Assembly (NCBI GenBank): GCA_947624135.1
Contig: CANQIV010000003.1
Coordinates: 1-44,422, forward strand
Source: an uncultured Bacilli bacterium
GTDB lineage: Bacteria; Bacillota_I; Bacilli_A; RF39; UBA660
Reading direction: 5' to 3'
Length of the DNA stretch: 44,422 nt
Shown: positions 29,521 through 38,439 of the stretch, piece by piece
How positions within the stretch are numbered: the first letter of the stretch is position 1
How the letters are laid out: each line of letters starts with the position of its first letter
Notes under the pieces: model-generated
What the model saw: only the letters and a program-made list of their open reading frames with translations
Told to the model about the DNA's origin: nothing
The model's database searches: none
Made by a program: the position numbers and the translations under genes

Positions 29521-30770
29521 TTAAGAACACCTGTAAATCCTTATAAATAAAGAAAATTATCTGATTTTAATCTTTCATCTTTTTATTAAATAATGGTTAA
29601 AATATTAAAAGTTATTAAGATTATAGTAATTTTAGTATAATTTATATTAGGAATTAGAAAGGTGATTACGACATTTAAGAACATATACGAGGAGATGATA
29701 AAATGGCAAAAGATTTAATTATAAGAAGTAGTAGTGCTGAATTTATTATTTTTGAAAGACAAACTCATGATAAAGGGATTCAAGTTCGATTCGAAGATGG
29801 AGATTTATGGTTGACACAAAAAGCAATTGGGGAATTATTTAACACAACGAGAAATAATATAACGATGCATATTAATGAGATTTATGATAGTTATGAATTG
29901 AATGAATCCTTAACTAGTAAGAAATTCTTACTAGTTCAAAACGAAGGAAATAGGCAAGTAAAAAGAAATATTCAATATTATAACTTGGATATGGTAATAT
30001 CTATTGGTTATCGAGTAAATTCGGATAGAGCAATTCAATTTCGTAGATGGGCAACTAATATATTAAAAGAGTTTTCGAAAAAGGGATATATTATTGACAA
30101 GAAAAGAATGGAAAATGGGGCTTTCTTTGATGAAGACTATTATGAATCATTACTTGCTGAAATAAGAGAAATAAGATTATCTGAACGAAGATTTTATCAA
30201 AAAATAACAGATCTTTACGCTACTTCGGTTGATTATGATTCAAAATCTCCTATTACAATAAATTTTTTTAAAAAAGTACAAAATAAAATGCATTATGCAG
30301 TTTCTCATCAAACAGCAGCTGAAATTATATATAATAGAGCAGATTCTGAAAAAGAGTATATGGGACTTACTTCTTGGAAAAATTCTCCAAATGGCAAAAT
30401 ACTTGAAACAGATGTTGTAATTGCAAAAAACTATCTATCAAAAAAAGAATTAGAGCAATTGGAATTAATTGTTTCTGCATTTTTAGATTTGGCAGAAGCA
30501 AGAGCAAAAAGAAACATACCTATGACAATGGAAGATTGGGCAAATAGAATTGATAAATTCTTACTTTCAGATGATAGAGATATTTTAAAAGATGCTGGAA
30601 AAATATCACATGAAATTGCTTGTGATAAAGCATTAACAGAATTTGAAAAATATAGAATTAAACAAGATAAATTATATAAATCAGATTTTGATTTGTTAAT
30701 AGAGGAAAGTAAAAGTAGTGGTGATAAAAATGAATGAAAATAATGTTCTTAATAAAAGTGTAATCAACTG
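29505..30770 (+). mobile_element. Non-autonomous 1266-bp cassette (leader, RhuM gene, replacement rbgA start)
   Basis: Bounded by two att-like junctions; its leader is homologous to that of the next element. Confidence 0.65.
29703..30737 (+). CDS. RhuM-family (virulence RhuM) putative DNA-binding protein
   Basis: LWLTQKAIGELF, YNLDMVISIGYRVNS..A.QFRRWAT, IREIRLSERRFYQKITD, AKNYL. Confidence 0.9.
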   Translation: MAKDLIIRSSSAEFIIFERQTHDKGIQVRFEDGDLWLTQKAIGELFNTTRNNITMHINEIYDSYELNESLTSKKFLLVQNEGNRQVKRNIQYYNLDMVISIGYRVNSDRAIQFRRWATNILKEFSKKGYIIDKKRMENGAFFDEDYYESLLAEIREIRLSERRFYQKITDLYATSVDYDSKSPITINFFKKVQNKMHYAVSHQTAAEIIYNRADSEKEYMGLTSWKNSPNGKILETDVVIAKNYLSKKELEQLELIVSAFLDLAEARAKRNIPMTMEDWANRIDKFLLSDDRDILKDAGKISHEIACDKALTEFEKYRIKQDKLYKSDFDLLIEESKSSGDKNE

Positions 30771-30771
30771 T
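30730..30771 (+). pseudogene. Second orphaned rbgA-like 5' end (MNENNVLNKSVINC)
   Basis: GGTGA RBS and ATG overlapping the RhuM stop; the frame reaches ATC AAC TG(T) in the same register as rbgA I-N-W. Confidence 0.65.
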
Positions 30772-30779
30772 TTGATTAC
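30760..30779. other. Putative serine-recombinase att junction 2
   Basis: GTAATCAA-C-TG-T-TTGATTAC: 8-bp inverted repeat centred on TG (30769-30770). Confidence 0.75.
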
Positions 30780-30970
30780 GATTTATAGAAACTCCTTTAG
30801 AAAAGCTTATAAATAAAGGAATTGAAGATAATTTGATCTTGTATGATTTTAATAAAAAATCATCAAAAATCGCAAAAAATTGACAAAAATGTTGAAAAAT
30901 AATACTTTTTTGACTAGGAATTCGACAACTGATTACGACAAGTGAAACTATAAGTAAAAGAGGTGAAATG

Positions 30971-31675
30971 ATGAAATATAAGAAGTCATATAAAATTGAA
31001 GGAAAAGTAATAGCAAAAAAAGATATAATAAATATGATTGAAAATGTTTTGGATAAATATCCAAAAGAAAAAGATATATCTATTGATATTGAAGCTAAAT
31101 TTAAAGATGGAAGTATTATCTCAGACAATAGTTGTGGGATTTTTGATCATACTTACTTTGAAAAATTACAATTGAATGAAGTATCTATACATATTAGACA
31201 AAATTATAGTAATGAAATTCATGTTTTTATTTATAATGATAGTATTTATAGTAGTGCAACAATAGAATCGGACAACAATAAATTATATAATTCTATTTGC
31301 TTTTGTATTGATGAAAATATTAATTTAATGAAAAAGCAAAACAATTTATATTTATTATCATGTAAATCATGGGGTTATTTCGTTATATCATTTTCTATAC
31401 TTCTATTAGAACTATTAATAATATTTGCAACAGAATACATATTTAAAGTTAAAATTCCATCTGTACTTATTTACCTAATGTTAATACTTATGCCTAATGT
31501 AGTTGCAACATATATTGAAAGATACATTGAAAAACATTATCCGATAAATCAATTCTTTTTCGGGGAAAATTCTGTAAATAAACCTAGTACAGAGAAAAGT
31601 TTTATCTTTAAAATAGCATCGTTTATTCTAATTAATATAGTTATTCCTTTACTTATAACTTATTTAACAAAATAG
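30971..31675 (+). CDS. Hypothetical protein with C-terminal transmembrane helices
   Basis: GAGGTGA RBS (start 30968 or 30971); soluble N-terminal domain and 3 hydrophobic segments. Confidence 0.7.
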   Translation: MKYKKSYKIEGKVIAKKDIINMIENVLDKYPKEKDISIDIEAKFKDGSIISDNSCGIFDHTYFEKLQLNEVSIHIRQNYSNEIHVFIYNDSIYSSATIESDNNKLYNSICFCIDENINLMKKQNNLYLLSCKSWGYFVISFSILLLELLIIFATEYIFKVKIPSVLIYLMLILMPNVVATYIERYIEKHYPINQFFFGENSVNKPSTEKSFIFKIASFILINIVIPLLITYLTK

Positions 31676-31755
31676 ATATAATTAGTTTTCTGCTTTTTAT
31701 AATTAGTAGGAGAAATCCTACTTTTTTGATATAATATTTGAAGGAGTTGAGAGCT

Positions 31756-32976
31756 ATGTCAAAATATAAAGTAGGTGCTTATGTAAGACTATCAAAAGAT
31801 GATAATTATAATGAATCTGATAGTATTGATAATCAAAAAAGCATAATTAAAGATTATATAAAAGAAAATAGTGATTTTGAATTAGTAGATTATTATGTAG
31901 ATAACGGTCATACTGGAACTAATTTTGATAGACCAGCTTTTGTTAAAATGTGTTTTGATATAGTTAAGAAAAAAATTAATTGTGTAATAGTTAAAGATAT
32001 GTCTAGATTTGGAAGAGATACTGGATGGGTTAAAGTATATTTGGGTGAAGAATTTCCAAAACACAGTGTTAGATTTATTTCTATTAATGATAAATTAGAT
32101 AGTCTTAAAGATAGTAATTATACAGATACTTTAGAATTTGCCTTACTAAATTTAACACATGAACATTATGCAGTTGATATTTCTGAAAAAGTCTCTGCAG
32201 TTAAACATCTTCAACAGAAAAAAGGCGACTTTATTGGCGTTTCTGCTCCTTACGGCTACTTAAAAGATCCAAATGATTGTCATAAGTTTATTGTTGATGA
32301 TTATGCTACAAGTATTATTAAAAGAATTTTTAATATGACATTAGAATGTAAAAGTAAAAATGAAATAGCTGATATCCTAAACAAGGAGGGTATACTAACT
32401 CCATCGAGGTACAAAAGTGAGGTAACTAAAGTAACTAGCAATAAAACAATTAAATCCAAAAAGTGGAACAATACTATAATTAATGAAATATTAAAAAACG
32501 AAACATATATAGGAACACTTATTCAAGGTAAAAATCGTAAACCAATGAGAAAATTTAAAAAAGTAATTAAAACAAATCCGGAAGAATGGAAAATATGCGA
32601 GAACCATCATGAACCAATAATTGATAAAGAAACATTTCAAACAGTTCAAAATATATTAAACTTTTCTGATATAGTACAAGAGGAAAATGAATTATTAATA
32701 ACTAAAATTAGATGTGGTGAATGTCATAGCGAATTCTATAGAAGAAAAGCAAAAGGAATATATTATTATTGGTGCAAATCTTCATATCGTAAAATAGGTT
32801 GTAATTTAAAATCAATAAGGAAAGATATTTTAGAAAAAATGTTACTTGTTGATCTTAATGATAAATATAAAAAGGATTATAAAAAACTTAATAAGAATTT
32901 GGTAAATAAATATATAAAACAAATAGAAATATTTGATAAAAATAGAGTCAAAGTAGTATATAAATCTGATAAATAG
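31756..32976 (+). CDS. Large serine recombinase (resolvase, recombinase and zinc-ribbon domains)
   Basis: AYVRLS catalytic Ser, DNGHTGTNFDRP, VKDMSRFGR, APYGY, HEPII, CGEC...YWC...C; AAGGAG RBS before ATG 31756. Confidence 0.93.
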   Translation: MSKYKVGAYVRLSKDDNYNESDSIDNQKSIIKDYIKENSDFELVDYYVDNGHTGTNFDRPAFVKMCFDIVKKKINCVIVKDMSRFGRDTGWVKVYLGEEFPKHSVRFISINDKLDSLKDSNYTDTLEFALLNLTHEHYAVDISEKVSAVKHLQQKKGDFIGVSAPYGYLKDPNDCHKFIVDDYATSIIKRIFNMTLECKSKNEIADILNKEGILTPSRYKSEVTKVTSNKTIKSKKWNNTIINEILKNETYIGTLIQGKNRKPMRKFKKVIKTNPEEWKICENHHEPIIDKETFQTVQNILNFSDIVQEENELLITKIRCGECHSEFYRRKAKGIYYYWCKSSYRKIGCNLKSIRKDILEKMLLVDLNDKYKKDYKKLNKNLVNKYIKQIEIFDKNRVKVVYKSDK

Positions 32977-33043
32977 TGATATAATTAAGTTATAAAGTTT
33001 CCAAAAAATAAGTATTAACCATAAAGAAAAAGAAGGTGAATAT

Positions 33044-33886
33044 ATGTCTAACAAAATAATAGAAGTCCAAGATGTCAGAATAAATGTAACCAATATAAAT
33101 GAAAAAGATTATATTTGTATTTCAGATATAGCAAAAGCAAAAAGTAGTAATTCAAGAGCTGCAGATGTTATAAGGAATTGGTTGCGAAATAGAAGCACAT
33201 TAGATTTTTTAACTACTTGGGAACAAATTTATAATCCTAATTTTAAAGTGTTCGAATCTGAACACTTTAGAAAACAGGTTGGTTTATTGACATTTACACC
33301 TAGTGTTACAGAGTGGTGTGAAAGAACAAATGCTATTGGAATATATTCTAAAATGGGTAAATGTGGTGGGACATATGCACATAAAGATATTGCATTTGAA
33401 TTTGCATCTGCAATAAGTCCTGTATTTAAATTATATTTAATAAAAGAATTTGAAAGATTAAAAGAACTAGAAAATCAAAATAGAGAATGGAATGTAAAAA
33501 GAATACTTACAAAGAATAATTATCTAATCCATACTGATGCTATTAAAAAATACATATTACCTGATAATGATTTTTATAAAAATAAAGAATGGTTAAAATA
33601 TGCAGAAGAAGCTGATATTATTAATGTAATATTATTTCATACTACTGCTAAAAAATGGAGAGAATTAAATCCAGAGTTAGCTAAAAATTCAAATGTAAGA
33701 GATTATGCATCAATAAATGAATTAACAGTTTTGTCTAATTTAGAATCACATAATGCTGAACTAATTAAAGAAGGAAAAGCAAAAGAAGAAAGATTTGAAA
33801 TATTAAGTGATATATGTAAATATCAATTAGATATTCTAAATAATGCAGAAAAAATTAAATTATTAAATGAAAAAGGTAGTGATTAA
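33044..33886 (+). CDS. KilA-N domain-containing protein
   Basis: DYICISDIAK, IRNWLRNRSTLDFL, GGTYAHKDIAFEFAS. Confidence 0.88.
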   Translation: MSNKIIEVQDVRINVTNINEKDYICISDIAKAKSSNSRAADVIRNWLRNRSTLDFLTTWEQIYNPNFKVFESEHFRKQVGLLTFTPSVTEWCERTNAIGIYSKMGKCGGTYAHKDIAFEFASAISPVFKLYLIKEFERLKELENQNREWNVKRILTKNNYLIHTDAIKKYILPDNDFYKNKEWLKYAEEADIINVILFHTTAKKWRELNPELAKNSNVRDYASINELTVLSNLESHNAELIKEGKAKEERFEILSDICKYQLDILNNAEKIKLLNEKGSD

Positions 33887-33887
33887 A

Positions 33888-34769
33888 ATGTCGAATGAAG
33901 AAAAAAATTTCCAAAAAGCGAGTATCAACTGGTATCCAGGACATATGGCCAAAACCAAAAGATTAATAAGTGAAAACTTAAATTTGATAGATGTCGTATA
34001 TGAGGTAATAGATGCTAGAATGCCATATTCATCAAAAATAAAAGATATAGATTTATATATTAAAGATAAAAAGAAAATACTTATTATGACTAAAATAGAT
34101 TTATGCGATATGGAAGAAACTAACAAATGGATTAAATACTATGAAAAAATGGGATACAAAGTAATATGTTTAAATTTAGAAAAAAATACAGATTTAAACA
34201 ATTTAATAAACTTAACAAATCAATTAATGTATGAAGAAAATCAAAAAAGAATTAATAAAGGAATGACCAAAAGAAAAACAAGAGTATTAGTTGCTGGTAT
34301 ACCAAATGTAGGTAAAAGTACTTTAATAAATAGATTAGTTGGTAAAAAAGTTGTAAATGTTGGAAATATGCCAGGTATTACAAAAAATTTAAATTGGATT
34401 AGAGTAAATAAAGACATAGAATTACTTGATACACCTGGAATACTTTGGCCAAAGTTAGAAGAACATAATGTAGCTTTCAATCTTGCTAGTTTAACAGCAA
34501 TAAAAGAAGAAATATTACCAATAGAGCAAGTAGCAATCTATATATTAAATACACTAGATAAATATTATAATGAAATATTAATTCAAAGATATGGAATAAA
34601 AGAAATAGATAATGAAAATATAGAATCTACTTTAGATGAAATAGGTAAAAAAAGAGGCTGCATTATTAAAGGTGGAATTGTCGATTATGACAAAGTTTAT
34701 AGCATAATTCTAAATGATATAAAAAATGGAATAATAAAAAATATTACATTTGATAGGTTTGATAAATAA
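33888..34769 (+). CDS. rbgA: Ribosome biogenesis GTPase RbgA/YlqF
   Basis: INWYPGHMAK, DARMP, TKID, GIPNVGKS, DTPG (circularly permuted GTPase); start 33888 after AAAGGTAGTGA. Confidence 0.96.
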   Translation: MSNEEKNFQKASINWYPGHMAKTKRLISENLNLIDVVYEVIDARMPYSSKIKDIDLYIKDKKKILIMTKIDLCDMEETNKWIKYYEKMGYKVICLNLEKNTDLNNLINLTNQLMYEENQKRINKGMTKRKTRVLVAGIPNVGKSTLINRLVGKKVVNVGNMPGITKNLNWIRVNKDIELLDTPGILWPKLEEHNVAFNLASLTAIKEEILPIEQVAIYILNTLDKYYNEILIQRYGIKEIDNENIESTLDEIGKKRGCIIKGGIVDYDKVYSIILNDIKNGIIKNITFDRFDK

Positions 34770-35140
34770 TGGATAAAAACATGTTAGTTTTAGCTTATCT
34801 AGGTGATTCAATATACGAAACATATATTAGAAAGTATTTAATATCAACTGGTATATGTAAAGTAAAAGAATTACAAAGTAAATCTATAAAATATGTAAGC
34901 GCTAAAGGACAAGCTGAATATTTAAAAGAAATGATTGATAATTCATTTTTTACAAACGAGGAATTAAATATAATAAAATGTGCTAGAAACCATAAAAATA
35001 ATCATAAACCTAAAAATTGTGATATTATAACTTATAAATGTGCAACAGGATTAGAAGCTTTAATAGGGTATTTATATTATCAAAATAACATTATCAGAAT
35101 AGAAGAAATAATGAATTATATTATAAATGCTAAAAAATGA
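34769..35140 (+). CDS. mrnC: Mini-ribonuclease III
   Basis: LAYLGDSIYE, VSAKGQA, ATGLEALIGYLY. Confidence 0.92.
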   Translation: MDKNMLVLAYLGDSIYETYIRKYLISTGICKVKELQSKSIKYVSAKGQAEYLKEMIDNSFFTNEELNIIKCARNHKNNHKPKNCDIITYKCATGLEALIGYLYYQNNIIRIEEIMNYIINAKK

Positions 35141-35193
35141 GTAAAAATACTTAGTATTGTGATATAATCATTTATGTAGTTTAGGAGGAAAAT

Positions 35194-35889
35194 ATGTACG
35201 TATATGGAAAAAATGTTGCGTTAGAATATCTAAATAATAATAGAAAAATAAAAAAAATATTTTTACAAAATAATTTTAACGAATTTGATATTATTAATAA
35301 AATAAATAAAATGAATATAAAAACACAAACATTAGATAAAAAAGATATGGATAAAAAAGTAAACGGTCTTCATCAAGGTATAATACTTGAGGTAGATGAC
35401 TACAAATATTCAAATTTAGAAGATATAATAAACGATGAAGAAAGTTTAATAGTAATATTAGATCATATAGAAGATCCACATAACTTTGGTGCGATTATAC
35501 GTACTTGTGAAGCTGCAGGTGTAAATGGAATAATAATACCTATGGATAGGAGTGTAGAGGTAAATGCTACAGTTATAAAAACTAGTGTTGGTACTACAGA
35601 AAAAGTAAAAATAGTAAGAGTTGTAAATTTAAATAACACAATAAAAAAATTAAAAGATAATGGATATTGGATTTTTGGAACTGATATGAAAGGAACTGAC
35701 TATACACAGTTAGATTACAAAGGAAAAACTTGTATAATATGCGGAAACGAAGGATTAGGAATGTCTAAATTAGTTCGCGACAATTGTGATTTTATAGCTA
35801 GTATACCAATGAAAGGTGAAGTAAATAGTTTAAATGCATCAGTCGCAACCGCAATAATATTATTTGAAGTAATAAAACAAAGGAGATAA
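35194..35889 (+). CDS. rlmB: 23S rRNA G2251 2'-O-methyltransferase (TrmH/SPOUT)
   Basis: HQGI, DPHNFGAIIRT, GNEGLG, IPMKGEVNSLNASVA; mrnC-rlmB-sigH synteny. Confidence 0.93.
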   Translation: MYVYGKNVALEYLNNNRKIKKIFLQNNFNEFDIINKINKMNIKTQTLDKKDMDKKVNGLHQGIILEVDDYKYSNLEDIINDEESLIVILDHIEDPHNFGAIIRTCEAAGVNGIIIPMDRSVEVNATVIKTSVGTTEKVKIVRVVNLNNTIKKLKDNGYWIFGTDMKGTDYTQLDYKGKTCIICGNEGLGMSKLVRDNCDFIASIPMKGEVNSLNASVATAIILFEVIKQRR

Positions 35890-35890
35890 A

Positions 35891-36475
35891 ATGGATTATA
35901 AAGATTTTAACGATTATGAACTTATGAGTTATATAGCTGAAGGAAATGAAGATGCTAATAACATATTAATAAAAAAATATGAGCCATTAATAACAACCAT
36001 AGCAGGTAAGATGTTACCACTCTGTAAAAATAATGGACTTGATATAAATGATTTAGTTCAAGAAGGTATGATAGGTTTAAATCATGCTATAGATAGATAT
36101 CATGAACAAGGAGATACACTATTTTATACATATGCTAAAAAATGTATAGAAAGAAAAATAATAAGTGTTGTAGTTGGTTCAAGAAGAAATAAAAATAAAA
36201 TATTAAACGAATCAGTTTCTTACGATGATGATGAAAATTCCTTAATAAAAATATTAAAAGATTCATCACCAAATCCAGAAGAAATATTATTAGATATGGA
36301 ATATCAAGAAGATTTTTTAGCTAAAATAAAAAATAAACTTACAGATTTTGAATCACAAGTTTTTGAACTTTTAGTATCAGGATTTAAATATAAAGAAATA
36401 GCAGTTTTACTTGAAAAAGATGAAAAATCTATAGATAACGCTATTCAAAGAATTAAAAATAAACTAAAAAAATGA
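35891..36475 (+). CDS. sigH: RNA polymerase sigma-H-like factor
   Basis: DLVQEGMIGL, YKEIA, KSIDNAIQRIK; follows rlmB. Confidence 0.85.
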   Translation: MDYKDFNDYELMSYIAEGNEDANNILIKKYEPLITTIAGKMLPLCKNNGLDINDLVQEGMIGLNHAIDRYHEQGDTLFYTYAKKCIERKIISVVVGSRRNKNKILNESVSYDDDENSLIKILKDSSPNPEEILLDMEYQEDFLAKIKNKLTDFESQVFELLVSGFKYKEIAVLLEKDEKSIDNAIQRIKNKLKK

Positions 36476-36479
36476 TGGA

Positions 36480-36698
36480 TTATTTAAAATGTAATCCATC
36501 ATTTCCGTATTCTTTATATTTATTTACCCATCTTCTAACTGTAGAAGGATATGTATTATAATATCTAGCAGCTGGTTTATTTCCATATTTTAATGCATAC
36601 ATAACCATATCATAAAGAATTTTTTCTTTGTCTTTCTTACTTTTACTTGCATATAATTCGTTTTTTTCAACATCATATAACTTAAATTCAGTAGACAT
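36480..36698 (-). CDS. Small helix-turn-helix protein (transposase-N-terminus-like)
   Basis: GGAGG RBS before ATG 36698; GNKPAARYYNTYPSTVRRWVNKY. Confidence 0.7.
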   Translation of the reverse strand: MSTEFKLYDVEKNELYASKSKKDKEKILYDMVMYALKYGNKPAARYYNTYPSTVRRWVNKYKEYGNDGLHFK

Positions 36699-36818
36699 AA
36701 ATAACCTCCTTTTTATTATTTTCTCGTTCTTCAAAAAAAAATAATGCAAAGTAACAAGTAATTTAATTAAAATATGGAAAAAAAATTACAAACATAGTAT
36801 AATTATTGTGGTGATAAT

Positions 36819-37778
36819 ATGGATATTGAAAATCTTAATATAGAAAGAAAATTAAGAATAGTATTTATGGGAACTCCTGATTTTAGCGTTCCTGTGCTTG
36901 ATTCATTAATAAAAAATTATGGCGTTAAAGCAGTAGTAACACAGCCAGATAAAATAGTAGGTAGAACAGGTAAAATAGCTAAACCTCCTATAAAAATATT
37001 AGCAGAACAAAATAATATTTTAGTAATACAACCTGACAAAATAAAAGAACATGTAGAAGAAATAATTAGTCTTGATCCAGATATAATAATAACATGTGCA
37101 TATGGTCAAATACTTCCAAAAGAACTTTTAGATTATCCAAAATATGGCTGCATAAATGTGCATGCATCTCTTCTTCCTAAACTTAGAGGTGGAGCTCCAA
37201 TACATAGAGCAATAATAAATGGATATAGTAAAACAGGAGTTACAATAATGTTTATGGCGCCAGGTATGGATGATGGAGATATAATTACACAAAAAGAGAT
37301 AATAATAGAAGATACAGATACAGCAAGTACTTTACATGATAAATTAAGTAAATTAGGTAGTGAACTTTTAATTGAAACATTACCTAGTATATTTAATAGA
37401 ACAATAATTAGAACACCTCAAGACTCATCCAAAGCTACATTCGCTCCATGTATAAAACCAGAAGATGAAAAATTAGATTTTAGTAAAACTACAATTCAAA
37501 TATATAATCAAATAAGAGGACTTAATAGTTTTCCTGGAGCATATTTTATGTTAGATGGAAAAAGAATTAAAGTATGGGAATCAATTATAACAAATGACTA
37601 TGATTCTTCAAAATTAAATGGAGAAATAGTAAAAATTTATAAAGAAGGAATCGGCGTAAAAACAAGTAATGGTATAATAATTTTAACAAATATTCAACCA
37701 GAAGGTAAATCAAAAATGCAAGCACTTGATTATGTAAATGGTCTACATGAAACTATAATAGGTAAGATAATAGGTTAA
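36819..37778 (+). CDS. fmt: Methionyl-tRNA formyltransferase
   Basis: IVFMGTPDFS, VVTQPD, INVHASLLPKLRGGAPI, MDDGDI. Confidence 0.97.
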   Translation: MDIENLNIERKLRIVFMGTPDFSVPVLDSLIKNYGVKAVVTQPDKIVGRTGKIAKPPIKILAEQNNILVIQPDKIKEHVEEIISLDPDIIITCAYGQILPKELLDYPKYGCINVHASLLPKLRGGAPIHRAIINGYSKTGVTIMFMAPGMDDGDIITQKEIIIEDTDTASTLHDKLSKLGSELLIETLPSIFNRTIIRTPQDSSKATFAPCIKPEDEKLDFSKTTIQIYNQIRGLNSFPGAYFMLDGKRIKVWESIITNDYDSSKLNGEIVKIYKEGIGVKTSNGIIILTNIQPEGKSKMQALDYVNGLHETIIGKIIG

Positions 37779-37779
37779 T

Positions 37780-38436
37780 ATGAATTTTATAAAAAAAATA
37801 AGAGAAAATTTAAAAGATTCTAAAAAGAAATCTTTAACTCTTTTAGGAATATATTTTATATTTTTTATTGTAGTTTTTGCTCTTTTTAATTCAGCTCCTC
37901 AAAATGAACCAATAGAAAATATAGAAGATATAGAAGAAAAAGAAGATGTAGTAACCAGTTATGAATACACATATAATATAAGTGATATAAATAATTCTAT
38001 TGAAATAAAAGGAACACATAAAGATACAAAAGATTTATTTACATATAATGGATTAAAATATTATAAAGAAAATAATATATTATATATATATCAAAATAAT
38101 GAGTTAAATGAAATTTCTTATTTAGATATTGATATTGATAATTTTAATTACAATAACATAATAAAAATAATAGATTCAAGTACATTTGTAGATGAAACAT
38201 CATATAGTGATAATAGTAGTAAAATAAATTACTCAATAAATATAGATGATTATTTATCAATATTAAATATCGATAAGACTAATTTAGAAATAAATATACC
38301 TATAACAGTTTCAAAAAGTGATTATATAGATGAAATACAAATAGATTTAACTAATTATTATAAATATAAATCTATTATAACAATAAAATATGACAATATA
38401 AATAAAATTGACGATATAAAAGTAGGTACTAGTTAG
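37780..38436 (+). CDS. Hypothetical membrane-anchored protein
   Basis: N-terminal TM; coupled to fmt. Confidence 0.7.
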   Translation: MNFIKKIRENLKDSKKKSLTLLGIYFIFFIVVFALFNSAPQNEPIENIEDIEEKEDVVTSYEYTYNISDINNSIEIKGTHKDTKDLFTYNGLKYYKENNILYIYQNNELNEISYLDIDIDNFNYNNIIKIIDSSTFVDETSYSDNSSKINYSINIDDYLSILNIDKTNLEINIPITVSKSDYIDEIQIDLTNYYKYKSIITIKYDNINKIDDIKVGTS

Positions 38437-38439
38437 TAT

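Larger units (their letters stand above)
30771..33931 (+). mobile_element. 3161-bp serine-recombinase element integrated in the rbgA 5' end
   Basis: Leader, membrane protein, serine recombinase, KilA-N and the active rbgA start; right junction ATCAAC-TG-GTATCC at 33924-33937. Confidence 0.75.

Noticed and set aside
29497-30940. TGATTACGA repeats as a CRISPR array
   Set aside because: Only four short copies at 156-1100 bp spacing; no repeat-spacer periodicity and no cas genes.
34842-34854. TATCAACTGGTAT in mrnC, identical to the rbgA target 13-mer
   Set aside because: Different reading frame inside an intact gene, with no element leader next to it; probably chance, though a secondary site cannot be excluded.
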